A stretch of 64,000 nt of DNA from Limnothrix sp. BL-A-16 (GTDB taxonomy: Bacteria > Cyanobacteriota > Cyanobacteriia > CACIAM-69d): NCBI GenBank assembly GCA_041937175.2, contig CP166615.1, forward strand, positions 2,944,001 to 3,008,000, given 5' to 3'. Shown piece by piece: positions 1 to 9,833 of this stretch (position 1 is the first letter of the stretch; every line of letters starts with the position of its first letter). Made by a program: the position numbers and the translations under genes. Under the pieces are notes generated by a model. It searched no databases and had not been told where the DNA came from. It was given only the letters and a program-made list of their open reading frames with translations.

Positions 1-48
1 CGACAATAGGGAGCAGTTCGATCGCACATTTCCCATGGCTTTGCCCCT

Positions 49-2799
49 ATGGCTTTGATTGATCCGGCTCCGTTGTTGGCCTTTTCGGAAGCAGCAAAAG
101 TTTTTCAAGGCGATGAAAAAGGCGAGGCCCAAACCTTTTTGAATCGCTTTTTTGCGGCCTTTGGCTATGCGGACGCGATCGCGGCGGGGGCGGTGTTTGA
201 AACGCGGGTGGCCAAGGGCAGTGCCAGCGGCCACACGGGCTTTGCGGATTTGGTGTGGCGATCGAGCGACAAACCGCCCCGGCCGGGGGTGCTGTTTGAA
301 ATGAAAAAACGCGGCGAACCCCTGGAAAAACACCGTCGCCAAGCCTTCACCTATTGGGAGCGCCTGGTTCCAAACCGGCCGCGCTACGTGGTGTTGTGCA
401 ATTTCGATTGGTTTTGGATTTACGATTTCGACACGCAAATTGATGAGCCGGTCGATCGCATTGCTTTGGCAGATTTAAGCCAGCGAGCCACCGCGTTTTC
501 GTTCATGAAATCGAGCGAAGACAAGCCGATTTTCAAGAATAATCAACAGGAAATTACGGCGCTTGCGGCTAGGCGAATGGGAGACCTCTATCGGGATTTA
601 GTCGATCGACTCTGCACCGGTTCTAGCGGTCTGCAACCGATTCAAGTTCAGCGATTTGTCTTGCAATGCGTGCTGGCCATGTTTGCAGAAGATCGGGGAT
701 TATTGCCACCCGATATTTTTACCAGAACGATCTTAGATTGTTTGGACGGTGCAAGCTCTTACGATTTAATTGGGGGATTATTTTTGCAAATGAATCGTCC
801 TGGAATTACCCGGGGAGGACGATTTAAAGGTGTTGACTATTTCAATGGTGGTCTATTTTCAGAAATCACAGAAATCGAGCTAGAAACTAAAGACTTAGAA
901 GTTTTAGAATCCCTGGCGAGGGAAGATTGGAGCCAAGTGCGGCCGGCCATTTTTGGCAGCATCTTTGAAGGCACAGCTCAGGGTGATGAGCGGCGGACTC
1001 GTGGGATGCATTTCACATCAGAAATCGACATCATGAAAATCGTTCGCCCGACGATTTCGCACTACTGGGAAGCGAAAATTGAAGCGGCAATTACGACTCA
1101 AGATCTAGAGCGGTTACACGAAGAATTGACAACCTATCGGGTACTAGATCCGGCTTGTGGGTCGGGAAATTTTCTCTATGTAGCCTATCAGGAAATGAAG
1201 GATCTAGAGAAGATAATTCTTGACCGCATCTGTGATCTGAAACAGTCGGTGCAAATGCCAGTGAAGACGGTTAGCCCACTGCAATTTTTTGGGATGGATA
1301 TTAATTCGTTTGCAGTGCAGTTGGCGCAGGTGACGATGACGATCGCCCGAAAGGTAGCAATCGATCGGCTCCAAATCAAGGAAGAAGCCCTGCCTTTAGA
1401 CACATTAGATCAAAATATTGTGCGCCAAGATGCGCTGTTTAAGTCCTGGCCTCAAGCGGATGCGATCATCGGCAATCCACCCTTTTTAGGTGGTAAACAT
1501 CTGCGATTGAATTTGGGTGACAAATATATCGATCGAGTCTTTTCTCGGTTTCCAGAAGTCAAAGATTCCGTTGATTTTTGTAGCTATTGGTTTCGGCTAG
1601 CTCATGATGCATTGCCCGATGGCGGTCGAGCGGGATTGGTTGCTACAAACTCTATTTCCCAAGGCAAAAGCCGCGCTGCTTCATTGGACTACATTGCTCG
1701 AAATGGTGGTGTTATTCATAGTGCTGTTTCCACGCAGCCCTGGTCAGGTGAAGCGAATGTGCATGTCAGCATTGTGAATTGGGTCAAGGAGCCAGTCTTA
1801 GAACCGTATCAGCTTTCGTTGGATGAGGTGCTAGTCGAAACAATTAATACTTCACTGAAGGCAACTTTGGATGTAACCATTGCTGCTCGCTTGCAAGCGA
1901 ATTTAAATTGGTGCTTTCAAGGTGTGATTCCAGTTGGTAAAGGTTTTATTGTCACTGAGGATCAGGTTAAAGAGTGGATCAAGGCCAATCCTAAGAATGC
2001 TGAAGTTCTGAAGCTCTTTTCAATGGGAGCAAATTTAGCCAAAAATCCTCACGGAAAACCAGAGCGTTGGATTATTGATTTTAATGATCTTAGCTTAGAT
2101 ATGGCTGATCAATATTCAAAACCATTCGCTCATGTCAAACAACATGTTAAGCCGGAGCGAGATCAAAACCGTGATTTGAGAGCCAAGAAATACTGGTGGC
2201 AATTTCTACGTGCAAGACCAGAATTGAGGAAAGCAATCAGTGGATTGCAATTTTATATTGCAGTCCCACGGGTTTCCAAGTGGGCGATATTCTTACCCTG
2301 TCCGTTAGAGTGGCTGCCTGGTGATAAAAATGTTGTTATTGCAACCGATGATTTTTATGTACTAGGGATTTTACTATCTTCTTCCCATCGCCTTTGGCTA
2401 GATAGTCAAAAATCAACACTTAAAGCTGACATTGCTTACACACCTAACACCTGTTTTGAAACCTTTCCATTTCCCCAAAACCCCAGCCCAAAAATCATCA
2501 ACGACATTCGACAAATCGCCCAGGATTTGCACGATTACCGCACCCAAATCATGGAACAACGCCAATGGGGAATCACCCAACTCTATAACGGCTATTTCCA
2601 CGAACCCGCCAGCGGCCTCGCCAAACTCCACGCCAAACTTGATAAAGCCGTCCTGAAAGCCTACGGATTCAAAGCCAGCGACGACATTCTAGAAAAACTG
2701 TTGGCGCTGAATTTGGAATTAGCAGAAAAAGAACAACAAGGCGAAGCGATCGTCGGGCCCTGGGCACTCGATCGGCCCCCAGGCGATCGGTCGAATTAG
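49..2799 (+). CDS. MmeI-like (type IIG/IIL) fused restriction endonuclease / N6-adenine methyltransferase
   Basis: 916 aa; N-terminal EAQTF..FF..FG and ADL..LFEMK (PD-ExK) nuclease region, motif I VLDPACGSGNF, motif IV IIGNPPF, C-terminal target-recognition region ending FETFPFP. Confidence 0.9.
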   Translation: MALIDPAPLLAFSEAAKVFQGDEKGEAQTFLNRFFAAFGYADAIAAGAVFETRVAKGSASGHTGFADLVWRSSDKPPRPGVLFEMKKRGEPLEKHRRQAFTYWERLVPNRPRYVVLCNFDWFWIYDFDTQIDEPVDRIALADLSQRATAFSFMKSSEDKPIFKNNQQEITALAARRMGDLYRDLVDRLCTGSSGLQPIQVQRFVLQCVLAMFAEDRGLLPPDIFTRTILDCLDGASSYDLIGGLFLQMNRPGITRGGRFKGVDYFNGGLFSEITEIELETKDLEVLESLAREDWSQVRPAIFGSIFEGTAQGDERRTRGMHFTSEIDIMKIVRPTISHYWEAKIEAAITTQDLERLHEELTTYRVLDPACGSGNFLYVAYQEMKDLEKIILDRICDLKQSVQMPVKTVSPLQFFGMDINSFAVQLAQVTMTIARKVAIDRLQIKEEALPLDTLDQNIVRQDALFKSWPQADAIIGNPPFLGGKHLRLNLGDKYIDRVFSRFPEVKDSVDFCSYWFRLAHDALPDGGRAGLVATNSISQGKSRAASLDYIARNGGVIHSAVSTQPWSGEANVHVSIVNWVKEPVLEPYQLSLDEVLVETINTSLKATLDVTIAARLQANLNWCFQGVIPVGKGFIVTEDQVKEWIKANPKNAEVLKLFSMGANLAKNPHGKPERWIIDFNDLSLDMADQYSKPFAHVKQHVKPERDQNRDLRAKKYWWQFLRARPELRKAISGLQFYIAVPRVSKWAIFLPCPLEWLPGDKNVVIATDDFYVLGILLSSSHRLWLDSQKSTLKADIAYTPNTCFETFPFPQNPSPKIINDIRQIAQDLHDYRTQIMEQRQWGITQLYNGYFHEPASGLAKLHAKLDKAVLKAYGFKASDDILEKLLALNLELAEKEQQGEAIVGPWALDRPPGDRSN

Positions 2800-2820
2800 C
2801 AATCAAAGCCAAACCGTCTC

Positions 2821-4197
2821 TTAGCTTTGTTGGGCAATCCAATCGAGACAACATTGGCGGAAATGATCGCCCCGAACTTCAAAATTCGGGAACTGGTCAA
2901 AGCTGGCACAGGCAGGCGACAACAACACGATCGGGGCCTGGTGTGCTTGGGCCAACTCAGCAGCCCGAGGCACTGCCCGATCGAGCGTTTTCACAATTTC
3001 CGTGGCCCCATAGCCAGCCGCTTGCAGATTGGCTTGGAAGGTTTCGGCCGCACTGCCAATGAGCAAAACGGCGGCGGCTCGGGACTGAATGGCCGAAATC
3101 CAGGCGCGATCGTCCCCTTCCTTGGCCTCGCCACCCGCAATCAGGATCGCCGGTTGGGCCACCGCCTTCAGCCCCACTTCAGCCGCGTCGTAATTGGTCG
3201 CTTTGCTGTCGTTGATGAAGTCGATGCCTTGCCAACTGCCCACCCGCTCCAGACGATGGGGCACACCGGGAAAGTCGCGCACCGCCTGGGCAATGGTTTC
3301 CGGGGCAATGCCAGCATAGTGGGCCGCAGCCACGGCCATCAGCAGGTTTTGTTGGTTGTGGCGGCCGGTCATGGCCAGGGCGCTCACGGGCACGATCGCT
3401 TGGCCAGCCACCACGGCCCAACCGTCTTCGACCCAAGCCCCCCGATCGGGGTTGGCGGGCAACTGGTCGCGCCCAGCCACACTCGTCCAAATCGCGTTGG
3501 GATAGGGGGCGATCGCCTGGGCCCGCAGGGCCGGATCGTCACCGTTCAAAATTTGCAGGGCCGCTCGATCGAGCAGGCTGGCTTTGATGTTGAAGTAGTT
3601 GTCTAGGCTGTAGTGGCGAGCCAGATGGTCGGGGGTGAAGGTGGTCCAAATGCCAATTTTGGGGGCCAGGCTTTGGGAGGACTCAATTTGGTAGCTGCTG
3701 ACTTCGGCAATCACCCAATCGATCGGGTCGGCTTCCGGCAGGGCCAAACCACAGGCGGCGGCTCCGATGTTGCCACAGGCGGGCGCTTGCAAGCCGGCCG
3801 CTTGGAAGATGGCAGCCGTGAGGGCGGTGGTGGTGGTTTTGCCGTTGGTGCCGGTGATGGCCACCCAAGGGGTTTGTTGCAGGTTGCGCCAAGCCAACTC
3901 CATTTCCCCGATCGTGTCGATGCCGAGCGCCCGGGCCCGGGCCACACCGGGACTATCCCAAGGCACACCGGGACTGACCACCACTAAATCCGGCCGCGGC
4001 TCGATCGGGTCGGGGTTGAAGGTGTCGCCCAATCGGACTTGGATGCCCAACTGGGTGAGCATGGCTTCGATCGGGGCCAGGCGATCGCCCGTTCCCCGAT
4101 CGCTCACGGTCACCTGCCAGCCTTGGGCCGCCAACAGTTGCGCCGCCGCCACCCCGGATTTACCCAATCCCACAATCCAAGCCGTTTGCACGCTCAA
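2821..4197 (-). CDS. murD: UDP-N-acetylmuramoyl-L-alanine:D-glutamate ligase
   Basis: [40 protein letters not shown] motifs. Confidence 0.97.
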   Translation of the reverse strand: MSVQTAWIVGLGKSGVAAAQLLAAQGWQVTVSDRGTGDRLAPIEAMLTQLGIQVRLGDTFNPDPIEPRPDLVVVSPGVPWDSPGVARARALGIDTIGEMELAWRNLQQTPWVAITGTNGKTTTTALTAAIFQAAGLQAPACGNIGAAACGLALPEADPIDWVIAEVSSYQIESSQSLAPKIGIWTTFTPDHLARHYSLDNYFNIKASLLDRAALQILNGDDPALRAQAIAPYPNAIWTSVAGRDQLPANPDRGAWVEDGWAVVAGQAIVPVSALAMTGRHNQQNLLMAVAAAHYAGIAPETIAQAVRDFPGVPHRLERVGSWQGIDFINDSKATNYDAAEVGLKAVAQPAILIAGGEAKEGDDRAWISAIQSRAAAVLLIGSAAETFQANLQAAGYGATEIVKTLDRAVPRAAELAQAHQAPIVLLSPACASFDQFPNFEVRGDHFRQCCLDWIAQQS

Positions 4198-4247
4198 CGC
4201 TCCCGTTTTGTTTCTGAACTGCTGTTTTTGAAATCAGACTCTTTTTA

Positions 4248-4335
4248 GAGGCTGTGTGAAAAGCCAACATTGCTCCGCTTTGCGCCCCGGCGATCGATAC
4301 AGACAAGGGGCTTAAGCCCCTTGCCCCCACAACTC
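4248..4335. mobile_element. Truncated MITE (family A, left end only) carrying the 20-bp palindrome
   Basis: GAGGCTGTGTGAAAAGCC matches the left end of the complete element at 27858; CAAGGGGCTTAAGCCCCTTG at 4304-4323; no right TIR. Confidence 0.6.
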
Positions 4336-4869
4336 TTAGCGCTGTCGTTCCCGTTCCAAGGCATCGATCGCATCGCCCAAGGCCGTGGTCAAATCCCGTC
4401 GGGTGCGATCGTGGGCTTCCCGTTCCGCCTGGAGCTGCCGTACCAGTTGTGCCAGTTGCTCGCGCAGTTGCCGACATTCAATTTGAGCCTCGGCCAAGGT
4501 GGCCGGGGTGCTGGCGGGCAGGGCGGCCCCGGCGCTGGCAGCATCTCCCAGCGGTTCCCACCCATCCAGCACCGCATCGGGATTGCCCCGCAGCCGATCG
4601 ACTTCCCCTTGCAGCCGGGTCTGTTGTTGCTGAAACTGTTCCCGATCGGCTCGGCGCTGCTGGGCTTCCGTGGTGTAACGGGCTTGCCAAGCGTCGGCGG
4701 CCTGGTAGGCCGCATCCCGATCGCGTTTCAGGTCGGTCACCTGTTGTTTGAGGGCTTGAATTTCCCCAATCCATTGGGTGACCTGTTCGTGGGACAGGGA
4801 CTCCGCCCCATTCAGCCCTTGGTTGCTCATGGCCGATCTCCGAATGGTTGCCAACTGCTCGCGGACCAT
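4336..4869 (-). CDS. Hypothetical coiled-coil protein (start may be ATG at 4830)
   Basis: Heptad-rich Q/E/R/L sequence, co-oriented between mltA and murD. Confidence 0.75.
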   Translation of the reverse strand: MVREQLATIRRSAMSNQGLNGAESLSHEQVTQWIGEIQALKQQVTDLKRDRDAAYQAADAWQARYTTEAQQRRADREQFQQQQTRLQGEVDRLRGNPDAVLDGWEPLGDAASAGAALPASTPATLAEAQIECRQLREQLAQLVRQLQAEREAHDRTRRDLTTALGDAIDALERERQR

Positions 4870-4871
4870 TG

Positions 4872-4946
4872 CTAATTGTTCAGCAATTAATTTTTTAGCA
4901 ACTAATTTTTCAGCAACTAATTTTTCAGCAACTAATTTTTCAGCAA
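4872..4946. repeat. 5 x 15-bp tandem repeat (CTAATTTTTCAGCAA) reiterating the last codons and stop of mltA
   Basis: Three perfect copies at 4902, 4917 and 4932, two degenerate at 4872 and 4887. Confidence 0.9.
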
Positions 4947-5966
4947 CAGGTAGTAGAGCCGGCCGCGCGACCCGGTGACCCCGGCGCGATTCCCGGCGAT
5001 CGGGCCCGTGCCCATGAAGTAGTCGGCTCGGCCGGGGCCAATCATGGCGCTGCCGGTGTCTTGATCCAACACAAACCGGCTGACATTGCGATTCACCACC
5101 CGTCCGTCCGCGCTGGCATAGGGCAGCGTTGTGTTGACCAAGGCCAAGGCTCCGGGGGGCATCAGGGAGCGATCGGTGGCGATCGAGCGATCGGGCGTAA
5201 CGGGTACTCCCAAGGTTCCCGTGGCCGGTGCGCCAAAGGTTTCCCGGAAGAAGATAAACCGCGTGTTGCGGGGCAAGTAGTTATCCAATTCCTGGGGATT
5301 TTGGCGGAAATAGCGAATCATCACCGGCAGGGTCAACCCTTCAAAGGGCAGCTTGCCATCTTTGGCCAGCTCGCGGCCCACGCTGGTGTAGCCATAGCCG
5401 TTGTGGTTGGCATAGCCGACGGTGATCACGTTGCCATCGGGCAATTGCAGCCGGGCCGAACCTTGGATATGCACCAAAAAGGCCTCCAGGCGATCGCTTA
5501 ACCAAGCAATTTCCTGACCGCGTAGGGGGCTGTTGGTCCCTTGGCCGTCTTTCCCTTCCAGGACTTCGCGGGTGGGCATGGGGGTGCGCCAACTGGCCAA
5601 GTCTGCCGGTTCCCGATAAATCGGATAGCGATAGGTGGCGGAGGGGGTGCGGCTGGCGCGATAAATCGGTTCGTAATAGCCCGTGAAGAACACATCACCG
5701 TTGCCATCCCGCCCGATCGATTGGTAAAGCGTAAATTCCCGATCGACCAAGGTGGCCAACTCGCGGGCCGATCGCGCCTGGGTCACCAGTTGCCGAAACC
5801 GTCGCACACTTTGCAACACCCGATCGCGCGTGATGCCTGCCACGGGATAGTTTTGGTAGGCGGTGGCGGCCGCTGGCGATTGCAAATAGCGCAAGCTGTA
5901 GTCGATCGATTGCAACAGGTTTCGGCGATCGCCCGATCGGCCGAACAGTTGCTCATCTAAGCCCAA
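4932..5966 (-). CDS. mltA: Lytic murein transglycosylase A (catalytic part; 5' end lies in another frame, up to about 6313)
   Basis: FTGYYEP, IQGS, SIATD, DQDTGSAM.GPGRADYF.G motifs; the frame stays open to about 6145 without a start, and a signal-peptide-like segment is in ORF 5957..6313. Confidence 0.9.
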   Translation of the reverse strand: MGLDEQLFGRSGDRRNLLQSIDYSLRYLQSPAAATAYQNYPVAGITRDRVLQSVRRFRQLVTQARSARELATLVDREFTLYQSIGRDGNGDVFFTGYYEPIYRASRTPSATYRYPIYREPADLASWRTPMPTREVLEGKDGQGTNSPLRGQEIAWLSDRLEAFLVHIQGSARLQLPDGNVITVGYANHNGYGYTSVGRELAKDGKLPFEGLTLPVMIRYFRQNPQELDNYLPRNTRFIFFRETFGAPATGTLGVPVTPDRSIATDRSLMPPGALALVNTTLPYASADGRVVNRNVSRFVLDQDTGSAMIGPGRADYFMGTGPIAGNRAGVTGSRGRLYYLLLKN

Positions 5967-6563
5967 CAGACCCGCAATCGATCGCGCCTGTACCGGCCGC
6001 AGGGGAATCCGCTGTTCCGCTGGCGACAGGGGAGTTTCTCCCTGGTGCAGGGGGGCGGGGTGGGCCGAGTGGTGGACTGAGCCAGGGCCGTGGAACCACT
6101 GAAGGTTGAACCGCCCAACGCCAGAGAACCCAAAAGAGAACCCAGACTAAAAACCGCCCCCCAGTAACCCAACTTGGGAGCGGCATCATGGCCAGAACGG
6201 CGATTGGTGGCCAGGTCATCGAACTTAGCCCTTAGCTCAGATTGATCGGATTGATCGGAGCGATGGCGGAAGCGATGGCACAGGACATCTTTCAGGGAAT
6301 CTTTCAGACTCATGGGGGTGGTTGGGGTGAAGCGGTGAGGAGCAATCGCGATCCCCGATCAGCATGGAGCGACAGCGATCAGCTCAGCGGCGATCGGATT
6401 GGGGATCGACGGACTATTGCTATCAGACTGGCGGGTGATCGCGCAAGCCCCGATCGGGGAATTGCTTCCTCGATCGCCCCACTACATCGCCACACCAGTT
6501 TTGAGACCAATGGCCGACCGCCGTTCAACCCCGATCGCCCCTGAAGCGACTGCTCAAGAAGCC

Positions 6564-6818
6564 CTAAAACGATCGATCAATGCTGGAGTTAAACACCGGT
6601 TCCACCCGGATACCTAACACCTGCGATGGCCGCACCACCATATATTCACCCTGGAGATTTTGGATCGGCACGCTAATGAAGGCCGAAGAGTCCTGCTTCG
6701 GAACCAAGTCCGTGCTGTACCACTTTTGGAAGTCTTGAATCGTGCGGAAGCGAACTTCCTCGCGGTGACCGCCCGCCAACAGGATATGCACCGCAAACTC
6801 ATCAGGTGTTCTCGGCAT
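6564..6818 (-). CDS. Small hypothetical protein, divergent from cmpA
   Basis: 84 aa ATG-start ORF with globular composition and host-like codon usage; resembles a conserved cyanobacterial small protein (from memory). Confidence 0.75.
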   Translation of the reverse strand: MPRTPDEFAVHILLAGGHREEVRFRTIQDFQKWYSTDLVPKQDSSAFISVPIQNLQGEYMVVRPSQVLGIRVEPVFNSSIDRSF

Positions 6819-7165
6819 CGGCCCGGGATCCTTATAACAACAACAACTGCTGCCGCAGCAAACTACCCATCAACCCACTCATCAACATTCGTTCCAAGGC
6901 AGCTTGGTTGCCAGCGGCGATCGCCCCAAACAACCAGTGCCCCGCAATCGGCCACCTTAGTCATGGAGCTTGCCCAGACTTTACCAAAAAAATGGGTTTA
7001 AAGCCCCGTCCTTGTGGAGCGGCTGATCGATCGAGGCGGCCCAGGCATCAGCCGAAGTATTCATAACGCAGCCTGACTCGATCGATTAGCTAAATTGTGA
7101 AATTCGTGAAATCTTAGATTGTGAGAATTAATCAAGATAATCAAAACTTGTTTTCAATGAAAAAA

Positions 7166-7185
7166 TCATAAAGACAAGCTTATGA
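7166..7185. promoter_or_regulatory. Palindromic LysR-type (CmpR/NdhR-like) operator upstream of cmpA
   Basis: TCATAA-N8-TTATGA in the AT-rich intergenic region; resembles the ATAG-N8-CTAT class of Ci-regulator boxes. Confidence 0.5.
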
Positions 7186-7434
7186 AGATAATTTAGTTTT
7201 TGTTATTACCAAGCTGGTCAAGCATCTAGACTTTTTATGAAAGAACCTTTAGCATGGCTGAAGTTGCTAAAGCGGGAAGGCGCTTGACAAACGGGATTCA
7301 GCCCCCAGCCTCAAGCTCCGATTTCAATTTCCTTGGCTCTTAGCGATCGGCTTTTTCACAACTCATGACAAATTTAGCGACCCCCTGATCGCTCGGTTTG
7401 TCGTGCTCAACTTTCACTTAAGGTTGCTAGCGCC

Positions 7435-8811
7435 ATGTCTGATGAGTTCGGATTTTCGCGTCGTCGCTTTCTATTGACCGCTGGAGCCTCCGCCGCAGGC
7501 TCCATTCTTTTAAAAGGATGTTTGGGAAATCCCCCAGAACCCAGTGGCACTGCCGCGAGTCCCGCCGGAGGATCGCCCGCCAGCAGCGCCGCCAGTCCCG
7601 CAGCCCTGACCCCGGAAACCACCCCGGAAGTCACCAAAGCCAAGCTCAGTTACATCCCGATCGCCGAATCTGCCCCGCTGATCATTGCCAAGGAAAAAGG
7701 CTTTTTTGCCAAGTACGGCATGACCGAAGTGGAGGTGTCCAAGCAAGCCAACTGGGCCGCCGCTCGCGATAACGTGGTGATCGGTTCCCAAGCGGGTGGG
7801 GTTGATGGGGGACAGTGGCAAATGCCCATGCCCCACCTGATTACTGAAGGCATCATCACCAACGGCAAAAAAGTCCCCATGTACGTGTTGGCCCAACTGG
7901 TGACCAACGCCAATGGCATCGCCGTTTCTGGCAAAAATGCCGGTAAAGGATTGGGCTTAGACCTAAAGGGTGCTCAAGCCTATATCAAGGACTATGCCAA
8001 GGCCAACGGCCGCAAATTCAAAGCAGCCCACACTTTCCCCAACGTCAACCAAGATTTCTGGATTCGTTACTGGTTTGCAGCGGGTGGGATTGACCCCAAC
8101 AAAGACATCGACCTGCTCGCCGTTCCCCCGCCAGAAACCGTGCAAGGGATGCGGATCGGGACAATGGATGCCTTTAGTACCGGTGACCCTTGGCCCTATC
8201 GGATTGTGAACGACAAGATTGGGTTTATGTCCTGCTTGGTCACGGAAATGTGGCCTTACCATCCCGAAGAATATTTCGCGATGCGGGCAGATTGGGTCGA
8301 TGCCAATCCCAAGGCCACCAAAGCATTGCTGAAGGGAATCATGGAAGCCCAGCAATGGTGCGACAAGCCGGAAAACCGCGCAGAATTGGTGAAAATTGTC
8401 TCCGGTCGGAACTATTTCAACATTCCCGTCAACATTCTAGAGCCGCCTTTCTCGGGTAAATACACCATGGGAGATGGCAAGCCCGACATCAACGATTTCA
8501 ACAAGGGCCCACTCTATTGGAAAGACCCGATCGGGAGTGTTTCCTATCCCTACAAGAGCCATGATCTTTGGTTCCTCACGGAAACCATTCGTTGGGGCTT
8601 CCACAAGGACTATGGCTTCACGATCGCCAAGGCTAAGGATTTGGTTGAGCGGGTCAATCGCGACAGTATTTGGCTGGAAGCTGCGAAGGAAGCTGGCATC
8701 ACCGATGTACCCAGTAGCCCTTCCCGTGGGGTAGAAACCTTCTTCGACGGCATCAAGTTTGATCCTGAAAAGCCCGAGGACTACCTCAAGAGCTTGGCCA
8801 TTAAAGCTTAG
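7435..8811 (+). CDS. cmpA: Bicarbonate ABC transporter BCT1 substrate-binding lipoprotein
   Basis: Twin-Arg/lipobox [32 protein letters not shown] is CmpA-type (NrtA has MTFPGGTHD). Confidence 0.92.
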   Translation: MSDEFGFSRRRFLLTAGASAAGSILLKGCLGNPPEPSGTAASPAGGSPASSAASPAALTPETTPEVTKAKLSYIPIAESAPLIIAKEKGFFAKYGMTEVEVSKQANWAAARDNVVIGSQAGGVDGGQWQMPMPHLITEGIITNGKKVPMYVLAQLVTNANGIAVSGKNAGKGLGLDLKGAQAYIKDYAKANGRKFKAAHTFPNVNQDFWIRYWFAAGGIDPNKDIDLLAVPPPETVQGMRIGTMDAFSTGDPWPYRIVNDKIGFMSCLVTEMWPYHPEEYFAMRADWVDANPKATKALLKGIMEAQQWCDKPENRAELVKIVSGRNYFNIPVNILEPPFSGKYTMGDGKPDINDFNKGPLYWKDPIGSVSYPYKSHDLWFLTETIRWGFHKDYGFTIAKAKDLVERVNRDSIWLEAAKEAGITDVPSSPSRGVETFFDGIKFDPEKPEDYLKSLAIKA

Positions 8812-8916
8812 GAGTTCGCCCTCAAGGAACTGATTCCTTCAGGATGGCTCACACACCCAATTGGTTGAATTTCGCTTCATTCAACTTCTTTTTGCGACTT
8901 TCGAGAGAACATCACC

Positions 8917-9753
8917 ATGGCACCTTCCGTATCTCGATCGAATGGCATTTCCAAGCCCTCTGCCTTTGACCAATGGCTGAAGAAAAACGGCAGCACGATT
9001 CTACTACCGGCGATCGGGATTTTAGGATTTTTGGCCATTTGGCAACTGATTGCTTGGTCTGGTGTGACCCGGTTGCCCGGCCCCCTGAGCGTGTTCACCG
9101 ACGATCGCACCCGCACCCTGCTGCTCTTCCCCTTCTACGATCGCGGCGGGTTGGATAAGGGGCTGTTTTGGCAAACCCTGGCGAGCCTCGGTCGGGTGGC
9201 TCAGGGCTATTTAATCGCCTCGGTGGTCGGCATTTCCTTGGGGATTTTAGTGGGTCTTTCACCAGCCATTGATAAGGCGCTGGATCCGGTTTTCCAGTTC
9301 CTGCGGATGATTGCCCCGTTGGCGTGGGTTCCGATCGCCCTGGTGACGTTCCAGCAACCGGAAATTTCCGCAATCTTCGTGATTTTTGTGACCGCTGTTT
9401 GGCCGATTTTGATTAACACCACGGTGGGTGTGAAGCAAATTCCCCAGGACTACATCAACGTCAAACAGGTGTTGCAACTCAAGCAAAAAACCTTTTTCTT
9501 CAAGATTCTGTTCCCCTCGGCGCTGCCTTACATCTTCACGGGCTTGCGGATTGCGATCGGTCTGTCTTGGTTGGCAATTATTGCGGCTGAAATCGTGATT
9601 GGTGGCACTTTGGGTATTGGCTTCTTTATCTGGGATGCCTATCAGCAAAACTACGTCAGCGAAATCATTCTGGGCGTGGTGTACATCGGGGCTGTGGGTT
9701 TGATTCTCGATCGCGCTGTTGCCTACATCCAAACCCTGATCCTGCCGGAATAA
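8917..9753 (+). CDS. cmpB: Bicarbonate ABC transporter permease
   Basis: NrtB/CmpB-type membrane protein (DKGLFWQTLASL, PLAWVPI); operon position. Confidence 0.9.
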   Translation: MAPSVSRSNGISKPSAFDQWLKKNGSTILLPAIGILGFLAIWQLIAWSGVTRLPGPLSVFTDDRTRTLLLFPFYDRGGLDKGLFWQTLASLGRVAQGYLIASVVGISLGILVGLSPAIDKALDPVFQFLRMIAPLAWVPIALVTFQQPEISAIFVIFVTAVWPILINTTVGVKQIPQDYINVKQVLQLKQKTFFFKILFPSALPYIFTGLRIAIGLSWLAIIAAEIVIGGTLGIGFFIWDAYQQNYVSEIILGVVYIGAVGLILDRAVAYIQTLILPE

Positions 9754-9775
9754 CTCGGTAAATCGCCAGTTTCAG

Positions 9776-9799
9776 AGGGCGCAAGCATTGCGCCCCTAC
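9776..9799. repeat. GTAG-type REP-like hairpin
   Basis: AGGGCGCAAGCATTGCGCCCCTAC; related copies at 11841-11865 and 16748-16769. Confidence 0.7.
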
Positions 9800-9833
9800 T
9801 TATTCCCTCCGCTGGTTTTTAGAGGATTGCCCC

